Shown in pieces: positions 55,675 through 63,969 of a DNA stretch of 64,000 nt (position 1 is its first letter; every line of letters begins with the position of its first letter). A model generated the notes under the pieces. That model saw only the letters and a program-made list of their open reading frames with translations. It ran no database searches and was not told where the DNA came from. Source of the DNA: a virus; IMG/VR virus record IMGVR_UViG_3300032722_000006, positions 32,001 through 96,000 of that record, one strand, 5' to 3'. The translations under genes were made by a program, and so were the position numbers.

Positions 55675-56418
55675 TTACTGGGTCGGAGTCGAGAGTCGGA
55701 CTTGAACCGACATACAGCTGTTTTGCAGACAGCTCGCTGAATCATTCGCGTACCTCGACGTAAATTGTGCAATTCTTTCTTGAAGTTGATCAATCGTGAT
55801 CAATGATTTTGCATTCTTTCGTTGATTCTCTGTGTGACGAACTAGACGACAATTAGCAGGATGTGCTATCAACGTTGGATCGATCCCGAATTTGAAACCA
55901 TCAGCGATCGAAATCAGGTGATCACGTGACACTCCGTTCAAATTTCCTCCTCTGTTAGAGGCTGAATACCACCCGTATTGTTTAAGCAGATCAAGATCGA
56001 AATGCTCTGGGTAGTCATACACGTTGAACGTAAAGAGGCACAAGTACTTGTAACTCTCGCGTGAACTCCGTTGTTCGGCATGAAATCCCTTGTAGCACTC
56101 TACGTTACAAAATCGATGCTTTTGACGTCCTCGACGGCCGTACACACGATTGGGTTTCCCACACAAGTCACACTTGAAATCATGTCCGGTAAGCGATCTA
56201 CCAACGCCCATACCCTTCCTAGGAGAAGGTCGACCCTTCATTGTTTGTCGCGTTTTTTCCCTTGATTCTGCGCTTTGATGACGATGATGTGATGCGCAAC
56301 TCTGTGTGCAGTGTTTGCGTCTCTTTGGAGATTTGAACTGCTTCTCAGTGAGAAGCAGTTCAAACGAACTACCGCATGGACAGATGAACGCGTATGACTT
56401 ACGTGATACCTGATACAC
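55675..56418 (-). CDS. HNH homing endonuclease with NUMOD3-like and Zn motifs (reads through tRNA-Cys)
   Basis: HQSAESREK, CDLCG, SRDHLIS...HPANCRL..H.EN..K. Confidence 0.85.
   Translation of the reverse strand: MYQVSRKSYAFICPCGSSFELLLTEKQFKSPKRRKHCTQSCASHHRHQSAESREKTRQTMKGRPSPRKGMGVGRSLTGHDFKCDLCGKPNRVYGRRGRQKHRFCNVECYKGFHAEQRSSRESYKYLCLFTFNVYDYPEHFDLDLLKQYGWYSASNRGGNLNGVSRDHLISIADGFKFGIDPTLIAHPANCRLVRHTENQRKNAKSLITIDQLQERIAQFTSRYANDSASCLQNSCMSVQVRLSTPTQ
55687..55759 (-). tRNA. tRNA-Cys(GCA)
   Basis: GCTGT-CTGCAAA-ACAGC; U73. Confidence 0.88.
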
Positions 56419-56448
56419 GTCAAATTGTAATCTGATGTACCAGATTGT

Positions 56449-56958
56449 TCAAGAAAGCGCTTCCCATTCTTGATTGATGTCATCCCATCGCATGATGCGA
56501 TTGAGAAGCGTTATGTTTAGTCCATCAGTACGTTTGTCGTTTGGATCTGCGTACAATGTTGGGGGGTTGTCATCTTCATCAACACGAAATTGCATTGTGT
56601 TCAGAAGCTCTTTGGGAGACATTCGTTGGGGTTGACCACCCAAGCTTCTTAGCATGACGATCCATCTCCTCGCAGCGTTTGGGAACATCATCAGTACCTG
56701 TTCGGGAGTTAGGATTCCTCCGTATGCCGGTGCAGTCGAAACGTTCGGTCCAGCGCTTCTTCCTCGAGGAGCCGGTTCCTTGTATGCATCCATGAACGCC
56801 TCACTGAGGCCTTCGACGTTGATGTCTCCCACACGAGCAGGATCGTCAAGATCTCGATCGTCTGCATCATCACGGCTGTTCGCACCACGTGGCAATCTTG
56901 CATGATCCGCGACCGCCTCACGGATTAGGCGCCTGAGCTGCTTCAAGGAAATCTTCAT
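56449..56958 (-). CDS. Putative packaged internal protein
   Basis: MKISLKQLRRLIREAV N-terminus; ATACTTA motif upstream. Confidence 0.7.
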   Translation of the reverse strand: MKISLKQLRRLIREAVADHARLPRGANSRDDADDRDLDDPARVGDINVEGLSEAFMDAYKEPAPRGRSAGPNVSTAPAYGGILTPEQVLMMFPNAARRWIVMLRSLGGQPQRMSPKELLNTMQFRVDEDDNPPTLYADPNDKRTDGLNITLLNRIMRWDDINQEWEALS

Positions 56959-56975
56959 GTCCTAAGTATTCGTTG

Positions 56976-57047
56976 TCCACACAGTTGGAGTTGAACCAAC
57001 ACCTCCGGGGCTTCACTCCGGCGCGCGACCACCTACGCAATGTGTGG
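56976..57047 (-). tRNA. tRNA-Phe(GAA), variant
   Basis: CCGGA-GTGAAGC-CCCGG; C1:G72; G32. Confidence 0.78.
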
Positions 57048-57051
57048 ATAG

Positions 57052-57124
57052 CGGTGAAGGTCGGAATTGAACCGACGCGACCCTGCTCTTCAGGCAGGTG
57101 CTCTACCAACTGAGCTACTTCACC
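57052..57124 (-). tRNA. tRNA-Phe(GAA)
   Basis: CCTGC-CTGAAGA-GCAGG. Confidence 0.92.
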
Positions 57125-57131
57125 ATGTTTC

Positions 57132-57207
57132 TGGAGCTAGCAGTGGGAGTCGAACCCACGTGTTCCTCTTTACGGGAGAGGGGCGCCTGCCTCTGCGCTA
57201 TGCTAGC
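57132..57207 (-). tRNA. tRNA-Thr(CGT)
   Basis: CCTCT-CCCGTAA-AGAGG; C33; CCA. Confidence 0.88.
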
Positions 57208-57215
57208 ATACGTTG

Positions 57216-57288
57216 TCAGGGTCGTGGGACTCGAACCCACATTCTCTCGCGTCCGAGGCGAGCGGGGCTCCATATCCCCTTCACCCTG
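57216..57288 (-). tRNA. tRNA-Pro(CGG)
   Basis: CTCGC-CTCGGAC-GCGAG; A37. Confidence 0.82.
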
Positions 57289-57289
57289 A

Positions 57290-57367
57290 TGGTCGGAATG
57301 GCGGGAGTTGAACCCACGATCTCTCGTCCCCCAGACGAGCGCGATAACCAGGCTTCGCTACATTCCG
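57290..57367 (-). tRNA. tRNA-Pro(GGG)
   Basis: CTCGT-CTGGGGG-ACGAG; CCA. Confidence 0.9.
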
Positions 57368-58152
57368 ATGATTGCTTTCGGGAATCTCTTCTTGGCGTAT
57401 TCGAGCCACTCGTACCTCACCTGAACAAGTACGTTACGAATTTCGACTGCATCACAGCCTTTCTTGACCGCCGCCGTAGCGAGTTCATCAAGATGTTCAT
57501 CGATGACCTTGATGAAGGGTCTCCGCGTACGCTTGGCGAGGTGATAAAATCCTGCGACGAACGCTTCTTTTTCTGCGTCAGAGAGCATGTACCTTGCGAA
57601 AGTCCTAGGACTGTTCCATACGCTGTCTGGGATTGACATCAAGTCCTGGCTAGCTTGAATTCCTCCGAGCAATTTTTCGTCCGACTGGACAGAGTGTTCA
57701 AACTCGTGCCTGATGACCTCGTACGATTGTTGCTGGATCATCGAGAGGTGTTGAGGCTTCATGATTCCTGTCGTTGAATCGACAAAAATCTTGATGGAGA
57801 GCAGGTCCTTGATGGGAGACCATCCTCCTGATATTCCGACCTTGTCGACCGGAGCAGGCTTGTTGAGCAAGTAGATCATTAGTTGCACCGTCATCGCAGG
57901 AGGTGCGTTCGGATCGGTTCCCAAGGCCCGTGATCTTTCACGACGACCTTCGGGTGTTCCGAACCAGTCCTGCCTCTTCATGAATGCCGGCCACGACTGC
58001 AGGTACTTCATGTTGATGCCGCCTTGCTTGTTGACCTTGTCCATCACCTTCTTGCATGCACGGATCAATTTCTGCGTCACCATCCTCGTGAACGAGTCGA
58101 TCTTTGATTCTGCAAGAAGCTCAATGACGACCTGTTCGTACAACGTATGCAT
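57358..58152 (-). CDS. Zincin-motif (HExxH) protein
   Basis: VIRHEFEHSVQ...Y.....EKEAF; ATAGTTA motif upstream; N-terminal ..IELLAE. Confidence 0.7.
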   Translation of the reverse strand: MHTLYEQVVIELLAESKIDSFTRMVTQKLIRACKKVMDKVNKQGGINMKYLQSWPAFMKRQDWFGTPEGRRERSRALGTDPNAPPAMTVQLMIYLLNKPAPVDKVGISGGWSPIKDLLSIKIFVDSTTGIMKPQHLSMIQQQSYEVIRHEFEHSVQSDEKLLGGIQASQDLMSIPDSVWNSPRTFARYMLSDAEKEAFVAGFYHLAKRTRRPFIKVIDEHLDELATAAVKKGCDAVEIRNVLVQVRYEWLEYAKKRFPKAIIGM

Positions 58153-58173
58153 GAATGTAACTATTCTCATCTG

Positions 58174-58246
58174 TCGGGGTGGTGGGACTCGAACCCACGG
58201 CAGCCTGCTTGTAAGGCAGGTGATCTAGCCGCTGATCTACACCCCG
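58174..58246 (-). tRNA. tRNA-Val(TAC)
   Basis: CCTGC-CTTACAA-GCAGG; C1:G72. Confidence 0.9.
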
Positions 58247-58252
58247 ATTGTG

Positions 58253-58323
58253 TCAACGCGCCGGGATTCGAACCCGGGTTTCCTGCTTGTGATGCAGGCG
58301 CTCTGCCGTTGAGCTACGCATTG
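58253..58323 (-). tRNA. tRNA-Val(CAC)
   Basis: CCTGC-ATCACAA-GCAGG; C1:G72. Confidence 0.9.
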
Positions 58324-58375
58324 AAAGGAACGCAAGTTGTCAATGAACGGGAACGTCATACTGGCGTTCCATCCG

Positions 58376-58449
58376 TCAGCGAGGGGAGATTCGAACTCCC
58401 GAAAACCTGTATCCAAAACAGGTGCCCTAGGCCTCTAGGCGACTCGCTG
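58376..58449 (-). tRNA. tRNA-Pro(TGG)
   Basis: CCTGT-TTTGGAT-ACAGG; A37. Confidence 0.88.
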
Positions 58450-58646
58450 GTCTACTTCTGTCTTCCGTCGGGAGTCTCTTCCCGGCTAGCCACTTTCAAC
58501 CCTTTAAGGGGCGTGGCAATCGAAACGGCAGTACGCCTGAGGTATGGGACGTAAGGCAACAGACGCTTCCGCGCCGTTCGCTCTCACTCGTCCTACCTGT
58601 TAGCATACTCGACATCATTTGAATGACTCGTTTCGTAATCTATCTA

Positions 58647-58724
58647 TGGTGATCCCAAGGGGATTCGAACCCCTATTTCTGCGATGAGAACGCAGCTGCC
58701 TAAGCCGTTAGCAATGATGGGACC
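58647..58724 (-). tRNA. tRNA-Glu(CTC)
   Basis: CTGCG-TTCTCAT-CGCAG; CCA. Confidence 0.88.
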
Positions 58725-58783
58725 GTCGTGAGTATACATTACCCTCTTCAAGAAGAGGTGTACACGGAAAACGCTTCACACGT

Positions 58784-59056
58784 TCACTTTGTTATGGGCT
58801 GTTTCACTATCTTCAACAATGCACCCTGTGTCCATCCACTTCCGTCAGGCCCAAGAACGTACACGTCACGGCCATCAAGTCCCTTGACGGCGATGACCAA
58901 CGCAACGTTTCCAACCTTGAGCTTTGCAATGTGACGCAGATCCTTGCCGAAATATGCGCCGCCGGGCATGTTCGTCAGTTCAATCTCTCCATTGTCAGAA
59001 GTTGCTGACCATTCATGGGGCGTGACGAGTTGACCTGCCTTGAACAGTGATGTCAT
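58784..59056 (-). CDS. Hypothetical protein
   Basis: Coupled ATGA overlap with upstream gene. Confidence 0.65.
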   Translation of the reverse strand: MTSLFKAGQLVTPHEWSATSDNGEIELTNMPGGAYFGKDLRHIAKLKVGNVALVIAVKGLDGRDVYVLGPDGSGWTQGALLKIVKQPITK

Positions 59057-59316
59057 TCTTCGTCGTTGCCGTCCTTCTCCTTCTTACTTAGGATCGTCTC
59101 CAGCGCTGCGAGACCTTCGTTGAGAATCTTCGAACACGTCCAGATCAGCGACGTAATGACGAAGATGATGACAGCCTTCTCACCCTTGCCGGCGCAGTCG
59201 ACCACCATTCCAGCAATGACGATGAGCATGAAGGCGACCTTGATGAAGACACCGAAAGTGCCTCCGAACAAAGGGTTTTCGGGATCGTGAGGGTGAGGCT
59301 TAGGCATGATGTTCAT
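59053..59316 (-). CDS. Two-TM membrane protein
   Basis: Two hydrophobic segments; GGAGG RBS. Confidence 0.65.
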   Translation of the reverse strand: MNIMPKPHPHDPENPLFGGTFGVFIKVAFMLIVIAGMVVDCAGKGEKAVIIFVITSLIWTCSKILNEGLAALETILSKKEKDGNDEE

Positions 59317-59322
59317 GATGAA

Positions 59323-60837
59323 TTACCTCCATGCGCCCGTCATGGGCCGTTCCTTGCTGAGAAAGATCTGAATCTCGTTCGACGGGAAGTGAAGATTGCA
59401 TCCTTGGCCGAGAACCCAACCCCGACGAACGCGGCTCGACTCAGGCGCAGGTGCCTGACCGTCAGTCATGATTAGCATTCCGTCCCACCGACCACGATTC
59501 TTCGTGCTGTTCACGACCTTCGTGGGAGCGTCAAAATTCGTTCCGCCGCTCTTGACGCGGGTGAGTAGCGGGTTCGTGCCCTTTTTCCATTCGAAGATGT
59601 CCTTGTCACTGCAACTGCAGTCGAACGGGAGGATCGAGATGTCGACCTTCTTCGTAAGCTGCGTCAATTCAGCAAAGAACATCTCAAGCATCTCATTGCC
59701 TACAGAACCTGACATGTCGATTGCAACGATAAGCTTTGCAACGTACCCTCTCTTGAGACCCGGGTGGATGTACGGGTAGCGCCTATTGATGCGCTTGATC
59801 GACGTTGTCCGTGTTCCGCGAACAAGCATGCCAACGAACTGCCTGAGAACTCCCCGCCAGTCGACGATGTTCGACACTGAGCGACGAATCTGCTCACGGA
59901 TGTCCATCGGAATCGATCCCCAACCTTCGGTCTGGCTGTCTGCGTGGCGCACAGCCTTCTCAACGAGCGACTTGCGCTTTCCCTCGATGTACTCACGTTC
60001 TTCTTCGGTGATGTTCTTCCACGCGCTGTGATCGTCCATCGATGGGATCGCAACGTAGATGTCACCTCCACTGCCGGCATCGCCTTCACCACCATCGTCC
60101 GATTGTTCCTCACCTCCCGGACCAGGATCGCCTTTTCCCGGATCGCCATCATTTCCGGGCGAGCCTTTTCCCTTGCCACCTTTTCCCGGTTTCTTTCCCT
60201 TCCTTTTCGACTTTGAGTTCGACTGCATCTTCAGGTACTCATTGAAGTAGTACTCTGACGACATCAAAGGAGGAAGTCCTACGATGAAGTCCGCGAGCTC
60301 ATTCGTCGCTTCCTGCTGCCACTTGGGCAACGTATCGAAGATCTCAGGATCGATCCACGGGCGTTGACCAGGGACGAGGGCACACCTCGGAAGCGGTCGT
60401 GCGACCTCGCCTGGTTTCAGGTCGCGAGGCATCTCAGCGCTCTTCACGATCAGAGAATCGATGCCGCAATCTGTGGCGATGTTCCAACCGTCGGAGGGTT
60501 CACGAACACGAGCGCTCAGGTGACCGAAGACGATGTGATCGAGCTCGTGCTCGATAACGCCCTGAATCTCCCAGTTGGTGAGTCGCTCCATCTTCCTGAC
60601 ACGCTTTTTCTTGTCGTGCGGGCTGACCCACTCACCGCCGGTCATGAACGTCGGATTCACGAACAGCACGAGCTCATCTGCAGACTTGTCGTAGCAGACA
60701 GCGGCTGTCGGAATGTCAAACGTGAAATGCTTGTGAATGTGACGCGACAACTCCGAATAGAACGGATTGTTAGCGAGGAACGGGATCAGGTGACGTGACA
60801 GGTTGAAGTCGACTTTGTCATCGCATACCGTGAACAT
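59323..60837 (-). CDS. VWA-domain metallopeptidase (DUF2201-like)
   Basis: IPTAAV, HELDH..FGH, WNIATD..I, Gly-rich linker, AIDMSGS, GGTNF, MTDG. Confidence 0.88.
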   Translation of the reverse strand: MFTVCDDKVDFNLSRHLIPFLANNPFYSELSRHIHKHFTFDIPTAAVCYDKSADELVLFVNPTFMTGGEWVSPHDKKKRVRKMERLTNWEIQGVIEHELDHIVFGHLSARVREPSDGWNIATDCGIDSLIVKSAEMPRDLKPGEVARPLPRCALVPGQRPWIDPEIFDTLPKWQQEATNELADFIVGLPPLMSSEYYFNEYLKMQSNSKSKRKGKKPGKGGKGKGSPGNDGDPGKGDPGPGGEEQSDDGGEGDAGSGGDIYVAIPSMDDHSAWKNITEEEREYIEGKRKSLVEKAVRHADSQTEGWGSIPMDIREQIRRSVSNIVDWRGVLRQFVGMLVRGTRTTSIKRINRRYPYIHPGLKRGYVAKLIVAIDMSGSVGNEMLEMFFAELTQLTKKVDISILPFDCSCSDKDIFEWKKGTNPLLTRVKSGGTNFDAPTKVVNSTKNRGRWDGMLIMTDGQAPAPESSRVRRGWVLGQGCNLHFPSNEIQIFLSKERPMTGAWR

Positions 60838-60875
60838 GATTGTATCCTACCACTTTCGTTGAACGAGGTTCACTG

Positions 60876-61097
60876 TCACGCCTTCGCTGTCCAGGCGCAC
60901 CCACCGATAAAACCAACGATCCCAACGATGATCATCGACGGGAAGAAGTCAATATTCAGCAGGAACACAAGTGGGAAGCCGACGACGAAGTACGATGCAA
61001 AACAGCTCATGAGTACGTACGTTGCGTACTTGAAACCCGACGGAAACATCGAGCTCAACGCTGCACACACGAGCAAAAGTTCAAGCACGCCTGTCAT
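60876..61097 (-). CDS. Small membrane protein
   Basis: Hydrophobic; promoter-like TGGTAATAT upstream. Confidence 0.55.
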   Translation of the reverse strand: MTGVLELLLVCAALSSMFPSGFKYATYVLMSCFASYFVVGFPLVFLLNIDFFPSMIIVGIVGFIGGCAWTAKA

Positions 61098-61234
61098 GGT
61101 CTGATATTACCATGGCTGTCTAGGCATTGCACTGACCACTTAGGTGGTCTTGGGCGGCCCACCGTTGCCCTCACGTGGGCCTTTTGGGTCCAAGACAGGG
61201 TATCCTACCACCTGCCCGGGCAATTGTCTGTGGG

Positions 61235-61678
61235 TCAATGAAGTGTAAGAATGATCGCAATGGGCACGAGGCACACAAGATGGAAGATTTGGTCCATCGT
61301 GATGACGAGAATGGCCCCTACGGGCGTCGACATCATTGCAATCATTGCGGACTTGTCGTCAATTCTCGTATCATCGAACGCAGGGTGATGTCGCACGTGC
61401 TTCGCCCACCACATGACAGGCCTGTAACTGTCAATGAAAAAGTGCGTGAAGAACAGGATGCAGATGACTGCAACACATGCAAAGACGTTGATGTTCAGAG
61501 CGCATGCCCACGCCGGAAAGAACAGCAACGTGTACTCAGCGCAGTGCCGAGCTCGAACACGAGCGTCCTGTGACTTGGCAATTGCCATCTTGTGCGACTG
61601 AAACGTCCAATCAACAAAGAAGTGCCAGAGCATGAGAAGCGAGAACAATCCGCCTACTTCAGAGAAGTACCTGGTCAT
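61235..61678 (-). CDS. DUF3307-like membrane protein
   Basis: HFFVDW.FQ...A..K, HFFID, DQIFH. Confidence 0.8.
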   Translation of the reverse strand: MTRYFSEVGGLFSLLMLWHFFVDWTFQSHKMAIAKSQDARVRARHCAEYTLLFFPAWACALNINVFACVAVICILFFTHFFIDSYRPVMWWAKHVRHHPAFDDTRIDDKSAMIAMMSTPVGAILVITMDQIFHLVCLVPIAIILTLH

Positions 61679-61947
61679 GTGTCCTTCTTCTTTGCAATGT
61701 TCGAACGTGGTTGACCAAGCTTGAGGTTGCCACTTTTCTGTCGTTGGAGGCGATTGACCTTGAACTTCTCGCCCTTGTAGACGATCGTCTGGTTGCCCAC
61801 GTCATCGTTCATGACAGTCCGTGTCACGCTCTCCTCAATCAGATCACCCGTCTTCAGCTCGACAACGTCAAACGTCACCTTCCAATGGTTCTCAGCGCGA
61901 GCGGTGCTCTCACCTGCCGGGCACATCTTGGGAGAGTAACCCATCAA
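61675..61947 (-). CDS. Hypothetical protein
   Basis: Coupled to both neighbours. Confidence 0.6.
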   Translation of the reverse strand: MMGYSPKMCPAGESTARAENHWKVTFDVVELKTGDLIEESVTRTVMNDDVGNQTIVYKGEKFKVNRLQRQKSGNLKLGQPRSNIAKKKDT

Positions 61948-62816
61948 CCGCCTTTATTCTCGTAGAGGGAAGTCTGGACATGCTTACGGAACAGATCTGA
62001 CGTCCTCTTCCCGATCGCCTTTCGCGCGTCCTTCGAGTCGACGATCTCACCTGCACCTTCACGGGTGACGTCCTCGACCATCGCGACGATGACATCCTTC
62101 ATGCGATCGAGACCGATCCCGGGATCGAGCTTGTCGAGGACGTGCTGCAACCGCGTAGGTGTGACCCACTCGTTCGCGATATCATCAGCAGCCTCGAGCA
62201 CCGCTAGCTTCGCAGGGTCGCCGACCTCGCGAGGCTTCGCTGTCTCACGTTCTTCGGCGCGCTTGTGCTTGCAGATGACGCGAGACCCGTCGTTCGTCTT
62301 GAATTCCTTCACTGGACGCAGTACGACCCCTTCACGGGGTTGATCGCCTTCGATCCCCCTGCGCTTTGCGACGATGGACGGTGCATCACGCTCAGCGTCG
62401 ATCGCCTCGAACGTGGACGGGATGCGCTTGTACGGGACGAACTCGAGACCCATGCGCTCGACAATCTGACATGCGTTGTCCTGGTCGAGCCAGCAGTCGC
62501 CCACCTTGACCTCGAACGCAATGAAACACAGCGTCTTTCCGTAGCGCCACGACTGTCCTTGCTGCTTTCCGCCGTACGCCTCACCAAAGATCACGATCTC
62601 AGGATGACCGATCGCCTCGAAGCCAGCCTTGAGCGCATCAACGTCAAAGATCTTGACGAAGTTATCGTGTTTCTCACCGCCGGCGAAAAGGTGCACGGTG
62701 CCCTCCTTCCACGAGATGTGCGCGGACGTGCCGTGCACCTTCTCAGAAGCAAAGAGTTCCTTGAAAAGGAGGAAGTCTTGTTCCTTGTATGCGTTCGCAA
62801 TGTGCATGTATCCCAT
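61944..62816 (-). CDS. RNA ligase (Rnl2-like adenylation domain)
   Basis: YMHI.N, motif I SEKVHGT, IFGEAYGG, FIAFEV, REGVVLRP, KHK. Confidence 0.82.
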   Translation of the reverse strand: MGYMHIANAYKEQDFLLFKELFASEKVHGTSAHISWKEGTVHLFAGGEKHDNFVKIFDVDALKAGFEAIGHPEIVIFGEAYGGKQQGQSWRYGKTLCFIAFEVKVGDCWLDQDNACQIVERMGLEFVPYKRIPSTFEAIDAERDAPSIVAKRRGIEGDQPREGVVLRPVKEFKTNDGSRVICKHKRAEERETAKPREVGDPAKLAVLEAADDIANEWVTPTRLQHVLDKLDPGIGLDRMKDVIVAMVEDVTREGAGEIVDSKDARKAIGKRTSDLFRKHVQTSLYENKGG

Positions 62817-62836
62817 AGTGTGTCTCCGTAATGATA

Positions 62837-63091
62837 TTAGATGCCTTCTACCGTGGCTCCGACAGCTGCAAACCTCTCGTATAGTTCACACGCCTCGCGG
62901 CGAGAGACGCAGCGTAGAATGCACACGCGTTCGCCCGCCCGGACTCGATTGTAGGCCTTGATGACGTCAGCCAGAGGCCGAGGTAGTCTGTTATCACCAT
63001 GGTGAAATTCCCTGATGAGTTTTAGTATCGCAAGCTTGTCACCGTCGACGCATGTGAGGTACGTATCGAACGTAGGAACAGGATCTGGCAA
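62837..63091 (-). CDS. Ribosomal protein L7/L12 C-terminal-domain-like protein
   Basis: TFDTYL....GDKLAILKLIRE...L......VSRREA..L...F...GATVE matches the bL12 CTD pattern. Confidence 0.65.
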   Translation of the reverse strand: MPDPVPTFDTYLTCVDGDKLAILKLIREFHHGDNRLPRPLADVIKAYNRVRAGERVCILRCVSRREACELYERFAAVGATVEGI

Positions 63092-63479
63092 GATCTCGTA
63101 CGGACCGGCATCATACGTTCTGCATCATCGTACTCAACGATCTCGTATCGAAGATCCTCATGCGGTGACATCACGTACTTCATCGTGAGTGCTTCACACA
63201 TGACGTCAGCCTTCTCACGCTCCCTTATGCCTTCAGCGATCTTGTGATGACCTATGCGACCTACCCCTGTGCCACTTCTGGACTCGACAATCAAAACAGT
63301 TTCATGTGTCCCTCACGGATCCCACGTCATCCCGCGGGCTTTCTTTTCGTGTCGTGTGAGAAGCCACCACACGAGAGCAACCAACTGCCTGTGACTCATC
63401 TCGTCAATGTCGTGCAGCTTAAGCGACCTTGCGAGCCTCAGCAGGTTCTCGTGCTTAGCTCGCTTGAGGTCTGACTTTT

Positions 63480-63764
63480 TCATCGTTGAGGGTTGTTGCC
63501 GTTCTTCCTACCTTGCAATGCAACACGCATGATAGCAGGAATCTCCTTGTTGGGATCCGGGATCTCATGCTTAGCATAGCACACAGCGCAGGTAAGGTAG
63601 TACGTGTAGTAGCTCTTGCCCGATTCTGGTTCTCGCATGTCACAGTATCCTTCATGGAACTGTGTCATGACATCATCAGCGTCAGCTTCAAGCTCTGACT
63701 CGCACTTGGCACATGTGAACCGGTGTCTCCAGTTCGACCAGTCAACCTTCTTGATGATCTTCAT
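63480..63764 (-). CDS. Zn-ribbon hypothetical protein
   Basis: CAKCESELE...CAVC. Confidence 0.65.
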   Translation of the reverse strand: MKIIKKVDWSNWRHRFTCAKCESELEADADDVMTQFHEGYCDMREPESGKSYYTYYLTCAVCYAKHEIPDPNKEIPAIMRVALQGRKNGNNPQR

Positions 63765-63765
63765 C

Positions 63766-63969
63766 CTACACCTTCTTCTGTACCTCGATGTACGCCGCGA
63801 GGGCCTTGAAGAGCTTCTCTGCGTCGGACGGGATCAGAGAGAATCTGACAGTGCGTCCAGGGTTGTAGCGAGGTTGCATCTCAAAAGAGAACTCTCCCTT
63901 TGAGGTTTCCGCGCCCGGGTCGATGATGTGCATTTGTACAACTTTTTGTCCTTCATTTTCAATCATCAT
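63766..63969 (-). CDS. Hypothetical protein
   Basis: AAGGA RBS; coupled to next gene. Confidence 0.55.
   Translation of the reverse strand: MMIENEGQKVVQMHIIDPGAETSKGEFSFEMQPRYNPGRTVRFSLIPSDAEKLFKALAAYIEVQKKV

Noticed and set aside
48862-58554. Many short track ORFs overlapping tRNA or RNase P genes, mostly on the + strand
   Set aside because: Shadow frames of RNA genes with no protein motifs.
44500-58800. tmRNA or a self-cleaving ribozyme in the array spacers
   Set aside because: No GGGG...UCCACCA tmRNA ends with a tag ORF, and no convincing hammerhead, twister or pistol core recognised by eye.
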